Part shown: in pieces, positions 1 to 15,474 of the stretch
Layout: each line of letters begins with the position of its first letter
How positions within the stretch are numbered: position 1 is the first letter of the stretch
DNA from: the human T2T-CHM13v2.0 reference genome, Homo sapiens
DNA: 64,000 nucleotides
Assembly (NCBI RefSeq): GCF_009914755.1
Contig: NC_060929.1
Direction: 5' to 3' (one strand)
Program-made: the position numbers and the translations under genes
Notes under the pieces: model-generated
Database searches by the model: none
Told to the model about the DNA's origin: nothing
Seen by the model: only the letters and a program-made list of their open reading frames with translations

Positions 1-1337
<1,337 letters not shown>

Positions 1338-1479
1338 GATTTGTAATTTTTAATCCATTAGCTTCTGCTTCCTAAAGACTAAGTGTCTGGAAAATGATTG
1401 TCATTCCCATAGCATTCAATGACACCATTAAATTTTTTTAAACCGCAATAATTTAGGCTTAACAGGAAAGGTGACATAC

Positions 1480-1647
1480 TTTTGGGGAATCGAGGTGGAT
1501 TGTCATTGACATCGGTGAGAGTGATGTTGACTATTGTTGTTCCGGCTAATCCTCCAAGCTGTCCTCCCATATCCTTGGCTTGGATGAGTACTTGATATTG
1601 TTCTTTGACTTCTCTGTCCATGTTTGGCAAAGCTGTTCTAATAACAC
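1480..1647 (-). CDS. CDH12: Cadherin-12 coding exon (168 bp, phase 1/1), second half of an EC repeat (EC2)
   Basis: Minus strand: tttatcccttaag|GT GTT ATT AGA ... CCC AAA A|gtatgt. Encodes (G)[55 protein letters not shown](S), with DRE and DxNDN Ca2+-binding motifs. Confidence 0.95.
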
Positions 1648-2837
1648 CTTAAGGGATAAAAGCAATAATGTAAAATAAATATCACAAATGCTCTGTTTTC
1701 TGAAATAAAATAAAATGCAACAACAACATGATTCTACCTAGAATCACTAACAGAGACATAATAGCTAAAATTGTATCTTTTAAAAAGTGAGACATTCAAA
1801 ATGTCCAATGGTTAGGACATAATTTAAAATATTATAGTAGCTACACAACAAAATGCCATGCCACAATGAGAAATATGGTTAAAGAACAATGTATCACCTC
1901 TAAGAGGTAGTCATCATTCATAAGTAAGCCAAGTTAGACATGATTTATATGCACGATCCTATCTTTAAAAAGAAGAAATCATTAAAAATTAGAGGTAAAA
2001 TATAAATACAAAAAATGCGAAGTGGTTGAAATGAGTATGCAATTTCCAATTATTACTACTTTCTTCTTTGTTTTTCTGTTTATTTTCTAGAGTAAAAATA
2101 CTAATTTCTTTTCTAAAAATGCATTCAATATCTTCATTACATATTTTATTTTGTCTTTCAGAATTCCCGTTAGTTATTTTAGCAACAGATATTTCACTAA
2201 GTTTCTCCAGCAGCCAGGACAGTGCCATTTACAAGGAACACAATGAGTGTATGCAAACCAATTAACCGAATGAGTGACTGGCTGAGTGAATAAATCTCTA
2301 AATAATTAAATTTATAAGTGTGAACTTTACAGTACATGTACATATTTACATATTGTCCTCATTTCCTGCCCTGGTGTCCAAGTGTAAAAATAGTTTATAT
2401 TCCTATTTATTCATAGTAAAAGAACCAAAACCTCCTGGATTATTCTCAAATGAAATCATGAATACATTTCATACCAAATTCCAATCTTTAGTCAATGGCT
2501 TTAGGGAGAGATTGGACAGCATTTGTTTTAAACACAGCTGGCTTTAATAGTGTTGTTTCTTCCTTTAAGAAACATGCTACTTTCTTTAAGTAGCATATAT
2601 AAATAACAAATATAATATCAACAAAAATAAATCAACCATCAACAAACATATAGAATCCAAATCATAAACCCAACATACATCCTTGTTTTATCTGTACTTT
2701 CTACTCTCTACTTAACAAACACTGATTTAAATTTGACAATCTGAGATTTCTTCTGACTCTTGGCAGGAAATTGTTGCAAAAAAAAGACAGCCTTCATTTA
2801 TGCTGCTGCTACTTTATTTATCAATTTGTACTGACAC

Positions 2838-3035
<198 letters not shown>

Positions 3036-3336
3036 TAATCCAATGTGTTTGTCCTTTCTTCAGCTCAGGCTCCTGAAGCTTCATTTCCAAGTCTCTTTAC
3101 TAAGATTCTTCATCTCTACCGATGAGTGTTCTGGTTCTACATACCTTAAGTTATGTGACTTCTGCCTGACATACAATGCTTATGTTTTCTAGATAGATGC
3201 CTGGGTTTGATTCATATGCATTATGTCTTGTCCTGTTGTTGACCGAGTCTATCTTAATTCATTTTCAATAAGAAAATTATGTATAACTTTCTTAATTCAT
3301 TTCCAGCATAAAAATTTCCAACATGAAAATTATTTC

Positions 3337-4162
3337 TATCACTATCCAACAGTCTATTTCTATATCTATATATCTATCTGGACTGAGAGACAGAATTGTG
3401 GAGTTGTTCCTTTCTGGTTATTTGCTGACCTAAATAAAAAGCTATAAACTGGGATCCAGTTAGATTAAAACATTAAGATGCAAAGATCGTCTTTTCCCAA
3501 GATGATGCAATCATTTTTTGCTTAATTGTTGAGAAATTCATAAAAATGGGGTACTATGAAAAGAATAACTTCTTGAAAAAGTTCTTCTCCCACCTTAAAA
3601 TAAATTGCAATGTTTAAAGATTCTCATGTTAAATTTGGAGTTTGGCTTAGTACCCAGATTTCAACTCCAAAAAAAAAACATACACATAACTACATTATTT
3701 TTCCTCTGGAACAGCGGTACTTAAATGGAAGTGGTGCTGGGGCAGGGGAAGCACACCCTGGTCATCACTAGAAATTGACTTTCAAACTACATATACAATC
3801 CTTTCCTCTGTCTAAGTTCTACATACTATCCAGTTGGTAGCATTACACTAACAGCAGGGCTAGAAGCAGCAGAGACATCACTCATCAGAAACAGGGTAGA
3901 GCAGGAGGGCAGGGCTGTGAGTGTGATGGAAAAGGTCTTGACAATTTTTATGAATCACTGGAAAAAATACACATCTACTCTTAACTCTGATAATACCTAT
4001 TTTGTCTCTGTTCAATTGCATCTTAATGTTTTAATCTAACTGGATCCCAGTGGATAGCTTTTTATATAGGTTGGCAAATAACCAGAAAAAAACAATTCCA
4101 CAACTCTCTCTGTCCAGATAAATAGACAGATAGCTATAGAAATAGATAGATGGATAGTGATA
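3337..4162. repeat. Long inverted repeat, arms ~3337-3483 and ~4016-4162, 532-bp spacer
   Basis: 3448-3483 is the exact reverse complement of 4016-4051 (36 bp); the outer ~110 bp align with mismatches and small indels. Confidence 0.92.
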
Positions 4163-4318
4163 TAGTGATAGACCTTCTGCTAGCATCTATTTGGTGACAG
4201 TCACAAATGCAACTACAATTTCGAAGACTATCTTCAATAATTCCAAACTCTTTTCAAATGTCCTGCTGTATCTTAATAGAAGTTAATTCTTATTATTACC
4301 TGAGACTACTGAGGTAGG

Positions 4319-4363
<45 letters not shown>
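4319..4363. repeat. (TAGA)n microsatellite
   Basis: About 11 uninterrupted TAGA units. Confidence 0.95.
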
Positions 4364-5111
4364 TAGATTAGATGAGATTGATATGCTTTTTACATTCATT
4401 TTCAGGAGCATAGCAGCAACTGTATGAATAACGGAAAGCTTGACTTATCTAAGGTATAGGTGACAGAAGGAATGTCAGGATTGATAACTTGAATCCTAGT
4501 CTAGGATCCATCATACCATTTCACATGAATAAATATATGTAAAGATAGTGTTTATTCAAAGAAATGACAAGTTGGTAGGGGATCATTTGAATAATGCAAT
4601 TCACAGAATTGTTATGTTACCTAGCCCCTATAAATAGAGTAAGAATTGTGAGACTCCAACAAGAAATGCCTTCATTCCAGTCATCCACTCCTAATGGTCA
4701 AAGCTTGTGAGAAGAAGCCATGTGAAGTGCACACATTTGAGTGCTTAGGCTCCAGCTATTCCAACCATTCCATGTCCACTGAGTCCCTAACCTTCTCCAA
4801 ACTTCTTGTCCTCATTCTCTCAGTTCCCCCATGAATGCCTGCCCAGTTAGTGGACATCTTTCTGGTTTCTTCCACTTTAGTCTTTTTTTTTTTTTTTTTC
4901 ATGAAGCCTTTTCTGACCCACAGCATGGCTTCAGGAAGAAATGACTATACCCTCCCTAGGATTCAGTCATAGCATGTAGAATGTTTTGTTGCATGTTTTG
5001 ATTTGTTGCCTGTTTACCTTTCTTTAGCAGACAGAAAGCCACTTTAGGACAGAGAGAAGTTCTTTTATTTTCTTTTCTAATTCTGGCATCTAGTTAATGT
5101 CTGGCTCAGAG

Positions 5112-5780
5112 TGATAAAGGAGATAGAAAGAAATTACTTAGGCAGATAGTAAGAGTAAAAGAGTCCTTGGTAAAATTTCCCTTTTAATAAAAAGCAGCGC
5201 CAAATTATTTCTTTTCCAGCAAAGAGCAGACTGAAAAATTGAGCTGCAGACATAGATAAGCAAGCTGGAAGCTTGCTCGGGGGAATGCCAGCAGCTGTGC
5301 GGAGAGAAAAGGGCTACCTAGGAGCCAGGCATGTTCAACATGGAGGCTCTGTCTTCCCTTTTCTTTGTCACCACATGTACAGTAAAGAACTAGGCAACGT
5401 GGCACTAGCCAGGTAGAGAACCCATCTGCATAACAAAAGATTAGGGTGGTATGGCCAGATTTTCACAAACTGTGCAAATGGCACACCTAGCCCTAACCAG
5501 TTTTTCGCACCTTATGCAAACAGTACACCTGGTCTGACCAATCTTTTGTGCCCTGTGTAAATCAGACATCACCTCCTCAAGCTTATCTATAAAACCTGCT
5601 GCATTTCACTGCAGAAGCAGAAACCCATTCGGGTGCCCTCTCTCTGCAGGAGAGCCTTTCTCTTTCTTTTGCCTATTAAACCTCCGTTCTTAACCTCACT
5701 CCCTGTGTGTCTGCATCCTTGATTTCCTCAGCATGGGAAAAGGAACCTTGGGGATTATCCCAGACAATGACGCCACTTCA
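5112..5780 (+). mobile_element. Solo ERV1-class LTR (MER50-like)
   Basis: TG...CA termini, perfect 4-bp TSD agag (5108-5111 / 5781-5784), TATA-like tataaaa (~5588), ATTAAA (~5675); resembles the MER50 consensus. Confidence 0.85.
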
Positions 5781-6669
5781 AGAGTATGTCTGTTTTTCTG
5801 TTTCCCTGTTCTTAATACAGCTATGTTACTTTTCCACCTATATGTACCATAATTTTTTAGTTCACTGTAAATTTATTATTTTGTGATATCTTTTCTTTTT
5901 TATTCTACTCTCTGTGAATCTTAATCAAAAAATAGATTTTATTCTCATTTTTTTCTTGTACTTTCTCCCCATCTTCTACATATGCCCTGAAGAATCTATT
6001 TCATTGATTTCTTTTACCCTATAGCTACTTATTTTGCAAAAGAAGAAGTTTGTTTTCTTGAAAAAAGTTATTGTCTGTTTTCAACTTATCCCTCTTTTAC
6101 TTTGGAGCTAAATACCTGGGGAGGCAAGTCCAGGCTTTATCTTAATCATTCTGAATAATGTCATAAAAGAAGAAAATGGTTTTTTGTAGACAGCATATGA
6201 CAAAAAAATTTTTTGCTCTTCTCCAAATTCTAGAGATTTAGACCAGCACTATATGAACTCAGGGGACTGGCAGATGAACAATGGGTAAATGGCTTTATTC
6301 TCCACCCAATGAGGTTTATAGTTCAAAGGAGACTTAGACCACCAGTCTGCTCTCCATAGAGCAGCCATGATGGTGAGGTTGGAGCGTAAGCCAGGTCACA
6401 GAGCTCCTCCACTCTGAAGTCATCACAGAGTGTCCACACCTTTCAGAATAAAGCCCTCACATAATCTTCACCTTCCTGCTGAACTCTGATCTTCTTTTCT
6501 ACAACTCCCTCCCTCATTCACTGCAGCCTTGCACACTGTCTTCCCCAGCCAGAAATGTTCTTTCCAAGGGATGCTTATTTGTAGTTCTTCCACTTCCTTT
6601 AGATCTTTTTTAAAAGTCATCTTCATAGGACTGGGTTAGCCATTCTATCCAAAATTTCTTTCTAAATTA

Positions 6670-7108
6670 ATTTCTGATTGCTTCTGTAACAAATTACCAC
6701 AAACCTACTGGCCTAAAACAACATAAACTTACTATCTTACAATTCTGGATGTAAGGAGGCCAACAAGGGGCAGGGCATGGGTAGAGCTGTGATTTTTTTC
6801 TAAATGCTGTTCATCCAGACAATGGCAGCACTCCCTGGCTCCTGACCTCCTTCTTCCTTCCTCTAAGGCAGTAGCAGATTAGCGTTTTCATATCTTTTTC
6901 TGACTCTGACCCTTCTGCTTCCTTCTTCTGCATACAAGAACCCTTGTGATTACACGGAGTCTACCCATATAATAAGAATAATCACCTCATCTCCACTATA
7001 TGTGATTAGAACCTTAATTCTTCTTTGCCATGTAATATAACATATTCACAGGTCCTGGGGGTTAGGACATGGACATACTTGGGCAATCACTGTTCTGTCT
7101 AGCATACA
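6670..7108 (-). mobile_element. MaLR LTR (MLT1C/D-like)
   Basis: tgtaacaaattaccacaaac...aacatattcacaggtcctgggggttaggacatggacat is antisense MLT1. Confidence 0.75.
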
Positions 7109-7189
7109 TACTCTTCCTTAATATTTCATATTTCTTTCTCTAACATTCTCTCCTTAGTCTTTAAGCTATTGAAAACACTATATATTTCC

Positions 7190-7345
7190 CGTATTTATTC
7201 TGTTTGTTTTATGTTTCCTCAAATTGAATGTATGTTGCTGAAGGCAGGGACTTTTGTCTTTACTTTCTTCTTCCCTGGAAAATGGCTAGCTAGAAGAATG
7301 CCAGGCATATAGTAGGCACTCAATAAATATTAGTAAAATAAATAA
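7190..7345 (+). mobile_element. L2 3'-end fragment
   Basis: aggcagggacttttgtct...ccaggcatatagtaggcactcaataaatat is the L2 tail motif. Confidence 0.65.
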
Positions 7346-9089
7346 AGTAGTGCATAATGCTAGCTGAGGTAACACATGGCAAATAAGTGTTTATCCTTCA
7401 GGAGAGATTATGATGTAACATAGTTCTTGTAATCTTCATCATTATTGACCCAAATACTCATGATGTAATTTTGAAGAAGGTGGGGTTATTAGTATTTACC
7501 TAGGGGTATTACAGCTATTGTATCATGAAAATGTTTTTGATTAGACCTGAAAGAGATCTCTCCTAGTTAAACATAGACTCCAGTGTTAACCAAGTCATTG
7601 TTAATTGTTTTTAATAAAGATTTGGAAGAAACATTAAAAACAGTATTTTAATGCACAAATATGTTAGAGATAGCTAATAAGGTGAAGGATAAAAAAGAGT
7701 AATGATAGTACTCAAAACGTAACTTCAGCAGTGAGAATATAAGTTTCTGTTTTCAATTCCATAGCTCAGTTACATTACAGTTATGAGAGAGCAGATTTTG
7801 CATTATTTTATGTGCAAAGTTACTGAGTTTCATTTCATTTTAGTGTTAAATTAGCCTAAAATGTAAAATGGATTTTTTAAAAATACTAGTACATTCTTGA
7901 ATAATATTTATTCAAATGTTATGTTCATCATTGCATTTGTATATGATTTTTTAAATTTTTTGCTAATGTGTTTGAAAGAGAAGAAGAGTTATCAGGTTAT
8001 CTTCAGTAAGAAATTTAGGGGCCATATTGTCCAACTTCTTAACTGTATCATGTCTTAACTCTCCTATAGGACTTATGAGCCACTTCCTCCAGGAGTTCTT
8101 TCTTCCAGAAGCTCTCATCCCTTCAATCAGTCTAGTGTCCCATAGTAGCATCAGAGGATTATATACCAGAAAACTCACATATAATCTTCTGAAGACCTGA
8201 TGAGCTCCCCCTACTAGATAGGGATCTACTTGATGATCTACTTGATTCATCTTAGTCTCCCAATAGCAAAGGACCTGTCAGGTCGTATGTTATAGATACA
8301 TGTGCATCAAATGACATAATCAAATCCAACACCACCAGTTCATTACTCATCATCTGCTTTAACCCATCCAGTAATGTGAAACTCACAATCTAATGAGTTA
8401 TCATTCTTATATGTGGTATTATTCTTATCTTTTTTCTACATATGTATATATATGAAACCAGAATTCTTTCTTCCTGTAACTCACACTATGTATTGATAGC
8501 TCTTTTCCTCTCAAGCAGCACAGAATACATCTAGTTCCTCTTCTACATGACAGCTCTACAACTTGCTAAAGGCATATATCACATCCCTCCGGAATATTTT
8601 CCTTTCAAGCCCAAACATCCTTAGTTATTTTTGCTGATGTGTTCATCTCATGATTTCTAAAATAAAGCAAATGGAACTCACCCAGAATCTACCTGAAGTC
8701 TGACAATGCAGAATACAAGAAAATGATTGCCTGCAGTGCATTCCTGGGCATGGAATTTACTACACGATCATAATATTACAAAATAGGTAACAATATGTGC
8801 TGTTTTATCTTAATAATTATTTATTTCCTTGACACAGTTTTCTTTCCTTATATTTATTAGCGTCTATTGATTTCCTTGCCTTTGCTATCCCATAATCAAT
8901 TCTTGCCTTAATGCTTCCTGGCAACTTATTTATTCTGGCAAAAAGTATTAAAAGAGTGACTTCATTGTGTTGGAAAAGACTCTTTTATTTTGCCCTTAAA
9001 GAAAGAAGATATAATTTATTTCACCAGTACCAACTGAGGTGTCTTACTCAGTTCTACAGATTTTATTCTGAATTAATATCAAAAGAATG

Positions 9090-9785
9090 CTCTATCCCCA
9101 TGTGACCCAGCAATCCCTTTTCTGGGTCTATACCCAAAGGAAATGAAATTATCGCCTCATAAAGACATGTGCACTTTCATGTTTATTGCAACATTATTCC
9201 CAATAGTCAATATATGAAAACAAAGTAGTTGTTCATCAGTGGGCAAACAGAATAAGAAACTGTGGTATACACATATAATGGAATACTATTCAACCTTAAA
9301 AAAGGAGATCCTGCCATTTGCTACAACATGGATAGGCCTGGGGGACAGTGTTCTAAGTGAAATAAGCCAGGCATATAAATAAAAATATTGTGTGATCTTA
9401 TTTATATGTGGAATCTAAAAAAAGAGGTAACACATGTAAAGAATAAAAGAAAGATTATAAGGGTCAGGGTATGGGAGAGAAAATGGGGAGATGTAGGTCA
9501 AAGGATACAAAATAGCAAAAATACAAGATAAACAAGTTAAAAGATCTAATATACAACATGAGGACTAGAGTTAATAATAGTGTATTGTACTTTGGATTTT
9601 TGCTAAACGAGTAGATTATAACTTTCTTTGCCATGAGGAGGAGCCAGGGGTAGTTGGGGGAGAATGAATAAGTAAGATGATGGGTATGTTAATTTGTTCT
9701 ACTATAGAAACCATTTATATGTGTGTGTGTATCTCTTATGACAGCATGTTATATATGTGATATACAAAATAAATTTTTAAAATAA
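9090..9785 (+). mobile_element. Old L1 (L1MA-like) ORF2 end and 3' UTR
   Basis: gacccagcaatccc..ctgggt..atacccaaaggaaatgaaa and ctaagtgaaataagccagg motifs; degenerate. Confidence 0.8.
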
Positions 9786-12700
9786 TGTTCAAGTCATAAG
9801 CCTAAGTATGTCTATAGTATCATAAAGTGTTAGCTCAAAATATAGAGTTATTGGCCCAAGCTTTAATTTTAATATGAAGCTTTTATAACACCAACATATT
9901 TTAGAAGACATACAAGAATAATATCGGTCAAGCTATAGGAGGAGGTTTCGTTGGGAGATAGGCTTGAAGATAATTATCTCTGAATGAAAGGTCGATAGAC
10001 TCAAGAGCAAAAGTCTTGGGAAAGTATCAGTCATGTGGGCAAACTTTATCATGTTTCCTTAAGCAGAATTTAGAACAGGATCACACAGCAAGAAATATCA
10101 GAACAGGAAATAAAAAACTTTTAAAGTATCTCATGCAACTCTATTCTCACTCAATTGTTTTTTTTAATATGAATTCTATAAATACATGTAGAAACATGTA
10201 AAATAAACATTTATAAAGGACGTATTTTTCACAATGCATGTAAATTAAGAGATACGGAGAGAAATGTTTTGGCTAGATGGTGTAATGGTTTGACAAAAGT
10301 GTAAACATACTTAATGCAACTGAATTGTACACTTAAAATGGTAAAAATTGTCAATTTTATATTGTGTATATTTTACCATGATAGGAAAAAAACAATTTCA
10401 TAGATTAACAAGAGGATATTGAGGTAAAATAATATTGTAATGTGTTCTCAAGTAGAGCTCAGATCATTTAGAATACAGCATATCATTACCATATGATATG
10501 AAATATGGCAATACCTAGTTACTGAACTCAGACTAGTTATTTAGAATCATTTAGGGAAAATTTAAATACATTAACAGAATTTTAAGACTAAATTAAGACA
10601 TAAGAGTTCATCATTTATACTAATATTTGTTTTCTTAAATGGAGTTACTCTATTATCAAAACTGTTGAGATGTTCAGCATCCTGATTTCAATCACTGAAT
10701 TAAATATTATAATATTTTTGCTCTTGTTTAATGTTTTATAGATTATAGATGTTTATAAATATTTTATAAACATTAAGTGAAATAATTTATATAATAAAAT
10801 AATACAATATGTTAATATAAAACATTTTAATGTTTTATAAATGTTAAGTATAATAAACATAATTGTTTAATGTTTTATAGTTGTAGCTACATTTTGAGTG
10901 TTTTAAATGTCATTTACTAATCATCTAAAGCATATAAATGAATGCATCTGGATTTTAACTCAGAGTAAATTATTTCATAGTTAAGGCAAACAATTGTCAA
11001 ATACACTGATTTTAAAAGAACTATTATTTATTGGTTTATTTCATGGAATAAATGAGTTTATACTGTTTAGAATGTATCAATTTATATTGTTTAGAAATGA
11101 ACTTGCCATATCCACTTAGATAGAGATGCTGGGAATGTTTGTCAAACAGCAGTGTCAATACAGAAATCTTTTTATTTTCTCATTTCAAATGAAACACAAA
11201 ATGATCTCTGTATCTCTTCATAAATATTTAGGTACCAGAGGTTTTGATGAGACTTTTCTTTTCAGAATTGTTTTAAGCTGTTTTCTACACTCAAATGTGG
11301 AAAATTTCAGATAATATTAGTTTTTCATGCGTTTTATTTAATAACAGCAAAGAAATCATAAAGGGAAGCTATATGGCTGGAACAAATGGAGACTATTTCT
11401 GAGAAATTGCAATTATCCTTGATTTTTGATTTACTCTTATCTACCACAAGGTGATAAATTTGACAAAAAGTCTTCTTAATGGTTTCTGTGCATGAAGAAC
11501 TAGTTTTCATTCTCTTAATGAAGTGCTTCATCATCCACTCTTTTCCTGCCTAGTGGTCTAAGGTACTGTTAATATCAAGACTTCTGTCTCCAGTGAAAAT
11601 CAATGCTTCAAAAATCTATTACATAGCTTATGACAGAATTGTTTCACTCTTCGTTCTAAATAATAAACATTATATAAAATATAAATACAAAATTATAAAA
11701 GTTACATTACATATTCACGTACTGTATGGTAAAACAAACTTTTTAAACATACTAGAATAGGTTGAAAGTTGATATTGGCCAAGTGAAATCAAGGGAAGAG
11801 TATGTTTTTTGGTTCATAAAGTTGTTTGGTATTCATTTGACCATAAAAATTATATTTTTAACCCATCCTTTACGTTTAAATTTATCTTTGTTTGATTTTT
11901 ATCTTGCTTTTTAAAGGTTAGATATGGTTTTATCCACAGTTATTTTACCAATATTAAATTCTTAATGCTAAATCCTTCATTCTAAGAGAATACTCACTCT
12001 TATTCTGAGTATATAAACTCACCTACTTTATAGAATTTATCATTGTAATCCAGTAAGTGACCTTTAATACTCTCTTTCTTCACCAATCTCTATACACCTA
12101 CTTTTCTTATTCTTTTATTCCTCTTGTCTCTCAGGAGTGTTCTTCATAAGCTGAAGGGATCTAAGAGAACAGCATTGTCCATACTTCCATTTCTGGTCAG
12201 ATTACCCATTATAGCAAACCTCAAAAGGATACATAACTATACAAGAAAAAAATAACCCATAGTGGCCCCATCTGATAAAATGAAATATTTTAGATAATTT
12301 CCTTTATTATTTTCATATATTCAGCCTATTGTCCAGGCCTTCTTAATTCCTCCGGAACACTGTAGGATCATAAACTTCATTGAACAACTTCCCCAATCTC
12401 TTTTTATTTTCAATTTACCCACCTTTTCTACAAAAATATATATAAGATTTTTTTCACAGCTAAAAAAAATCACAAAACTTCCTTTTAGATGATATTGCTA
12501 AACATTTTCTTATCTTTACTGCCATATTTCTTGAAAAAATCACTTGTATGGTAAGGTGTAATTTTCTCATCATGCACTCACTTTTAACATTTGACAGACT
12601 GGCTTTTATTCTCCAAAACTCTATCGAAATCAGAGGAGCTTCTTTGTCCTAAGCCATTCTGGATTCTCTTCAGTACCGATACTCCCTTCTTAGTGGAGTT

Positions 12701-13994
12701 CTCGAAGGACTGATGCTGTCCTTATTAAACTCTACCCTGTTTTCAGGTTTACATAACGGAGTGACTCCCTGTTTTAGTCCTTTAACTTTTTGATGACTTC
12801 TGGCCCCTATTGGCTTAATGAGGAGGATAAGAAATTAAGAGAGAATGGCAGGTTCAGTTGACAAAAAGTTTTGCAGATTTTGCACCTCAACTTTTGTTAA
12901 GAAACATCAGTAGACCTTAAGTTTCCAGGCAACATTAATACATAATTAATTGTTAATTAACTTATATCTAATTCGTATACCAGATTTTTACACATACCTC
13001 TCAGGAAGTATCAATTATAAAATGTTTAACTTATTTGAATGTATAGTGTCTGAAACGTATACTTCTCAAATGCATGTTGGTATTTAAAAATCAATTTACA
13101 AATTTAAAAGGTAACTTATTAGTTCCATATGAGAACAGTTTTCCATTATTTTAAGTTCACGTAATACATCATATTAAATTCAATTTGCAATATGTTCTAA
13201 TGTAGTGTATAAGAATTGACAAAATAACCATCGTTGTGGGGTTTCTGCTTCAACTGTGACATGGAAAGCCTACTCTGATCATCGGTGAAGTGGTCGAGTC
13301 TTCTTAGCAAAGTATTCAACATTCAGATATTGATTGTTTAGAAATAGAGTGACCTCATTTATTTAAAAGGAAAGACAAAATATTCCACATGCATAGCCTC
13401 CTGCCCTTCCTATGCTACTCATATTGTATTTGAATTTGAAAACTGCTATTTTTCAATTAACAATGGGACTGGATTTGAAGATATAGGCAAACAAAATCAA
13501 TGATTTTGGTATTGCAAGATTGTCAAGTCTCTCCTTTCTCCCACTATAAGCATAAGTCTCTATTAATCTAAACCAAGCATTAATAACCCTTATATATATA
13601 GCAATAGAAGCTCCAGGATGTTACCATGTATTGTTAAAGCCCAAAACTAAGTATAACTGAACCCATCCAATAAATATGAAATGAAAAGCTATTATAGCTG
13701 GAAGAATTTGTTTTAAAGTAGACTTTTGAAAATTTTAAATAAGACCAACATTGACTGCTTACCTAACAAATTTGAACTTTAGAAAGATATGTTAAAAGGT
13801 TTATTTTACACAAAGTTCACTTAAATGGAGATCGTTCTTCAGCAGCAAGGAAAGATCCCATCTTCTTTGCTTAATGCGCATCGCACTGAAGCTTTATGGC
13901 TATATTAGAATATGCAACTCCCCATGCCAAGATTTAATTAAAGTTTAAATATTTGAAGGGCTGGTGATAATGTTGCCTCTAATAAAAAATTTAC

Positions 13995-14114
13995 CTGTCT
14001 TGGGATCAATAGAGAAATAAGGTTGTCCCTGAAGAATGCTGTAAACGACTCTGGCACTGTTTCCATAGGTCGGGTCATCTGCATCTGTGGCCTTGACCTG
14101 GAGTACATATGCAC
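13995..14114 (-). CDS. CDH12: Cadherin-12 coding exon (120 bp, phase 1/1), first half of the same EC repeat
   Basis: Minus strand: cttattttccag|GT GCA TAT ... AAG ACA G|gtaaat. Encodes (G)[39 protein letters not shown](G) and splices in frame to 1647-1480. Confidence 0.95.
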
Positions 14115-15432
14115 CTGGAAAATAAGACAATATCACTCTAGCATTTTTGTTTTACTACTTTCAAGGTCATGACTCTTATCTGCTGGACTCGATTTTCCTT
14201 TGGTATTTGACCTACGTCAAGTACACCATGAGTACATGATGTCACTGAGGATAGTTTAACCGTTATAACCAAAATGTTGAGCAATGATATAGTTAGTGCA
14301 AATCATAAGTTTAAATACGCATTTTAAAAGTTGTGTCCATTTCCAGGAGCTGGATCATCGAAATGAAAGTCATCATGATACCTTTATTGATTGGCACACC
14401 AAAGAAAGCATGGACACCACTTATATTAGCTCATCTGCTTACTATTGATGTTTTAATTTTATGATTAGGATATCAATAGAGAGGCTAAAAGGTTTAGAGT
14501 GTACTGAACATTAGAGGTTGTTAAGTAATTTGCAATTGCAATTTAAAAATTAACAACTACCTACTAGCATCAGGAAGTCTTTAATTAGAAAAGGAATATT
14601 TGAGAAATTGAGAAACCATAAATAATTGCAAAATAGTTATAAGAGCACTTCTTTGCCTCAAGATTGAATTAACCTAAAGATATAGTGACATAAGAAGACA
14701 CCACAGTCAAATGATCTGCAGCTTTCCTAATTTTTTTTTGGCATGGGTATATTTTTTCTGTACTAAAAGAAGTTGAAGGGAGCTTTTCTTTGTATTTTCC
14801 TTATCTGTTCATAAGCATATTGAAATCAGTCTCTAAAAACTTTTAAAGTGAGTATCTCTTCCTAATATCCTGTTCAAGTTACTATTCTGAGTTCAGAAAT
14901 CAAAAGTACCCAAATTGTAGCAAATAAAATAGACATATATATATATGTATGTGTATATATGTATATATATGTGTATATACACACATACACATGTGCATCC
15001 AAAGTTATGCAGTGAGCAGAACTCCCTTAATCTGCTGGAGGCACTCAAAGTAACTATTCTGTTTAGTGAAAATAGGATTGTTCCTTTTCATTCCATTACT
15101 CATTCAGCCTTTTCTCTAAGAGTACAAATTTGGAGCAAACCATGTCTTCCTAGATTACTATAGAAGCTAAAAGAATGAATTACTTTTTCATTTCTACCAT
15201 TTTCTTTTAATAAAATGTTAGGGTTGTGACAAGAGTAAGAAACAATAACTTTTTGTAGACATTCAATGCCAAGGTCTTTCAGTTTAAAATGGTTGAGTGA
15301 ATCTTGGCTATATTAACAGAGGAAAAATATATTACAGCAGCCTTTCCCAAGAAAAGAAACTTTTAGAGGGAACTTTTAGAGAGAATGTAGATAAACATTA
15401 CTAGGAAGTCAGGAGTGAAGACTAATATTATC

Positions 15433-15474
15433 CATCATCATCACCATCATCATCATCAACATCATCACTATCAT
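15433..15474. repeat. Imperfect (CAT)n repeat
   Basis: catcatcatcaccatcatcatcatcaacatcatcac. Confidence 0.85.

Noticed and set aside
1379-1630. Stand-alone 83-aa cadherin ORF (and the 63-aa ORF at 13945-14136)
   Set aside because: These are internal exons read through their splice sites; similarity stops exactly at the GT/AG boundaries.
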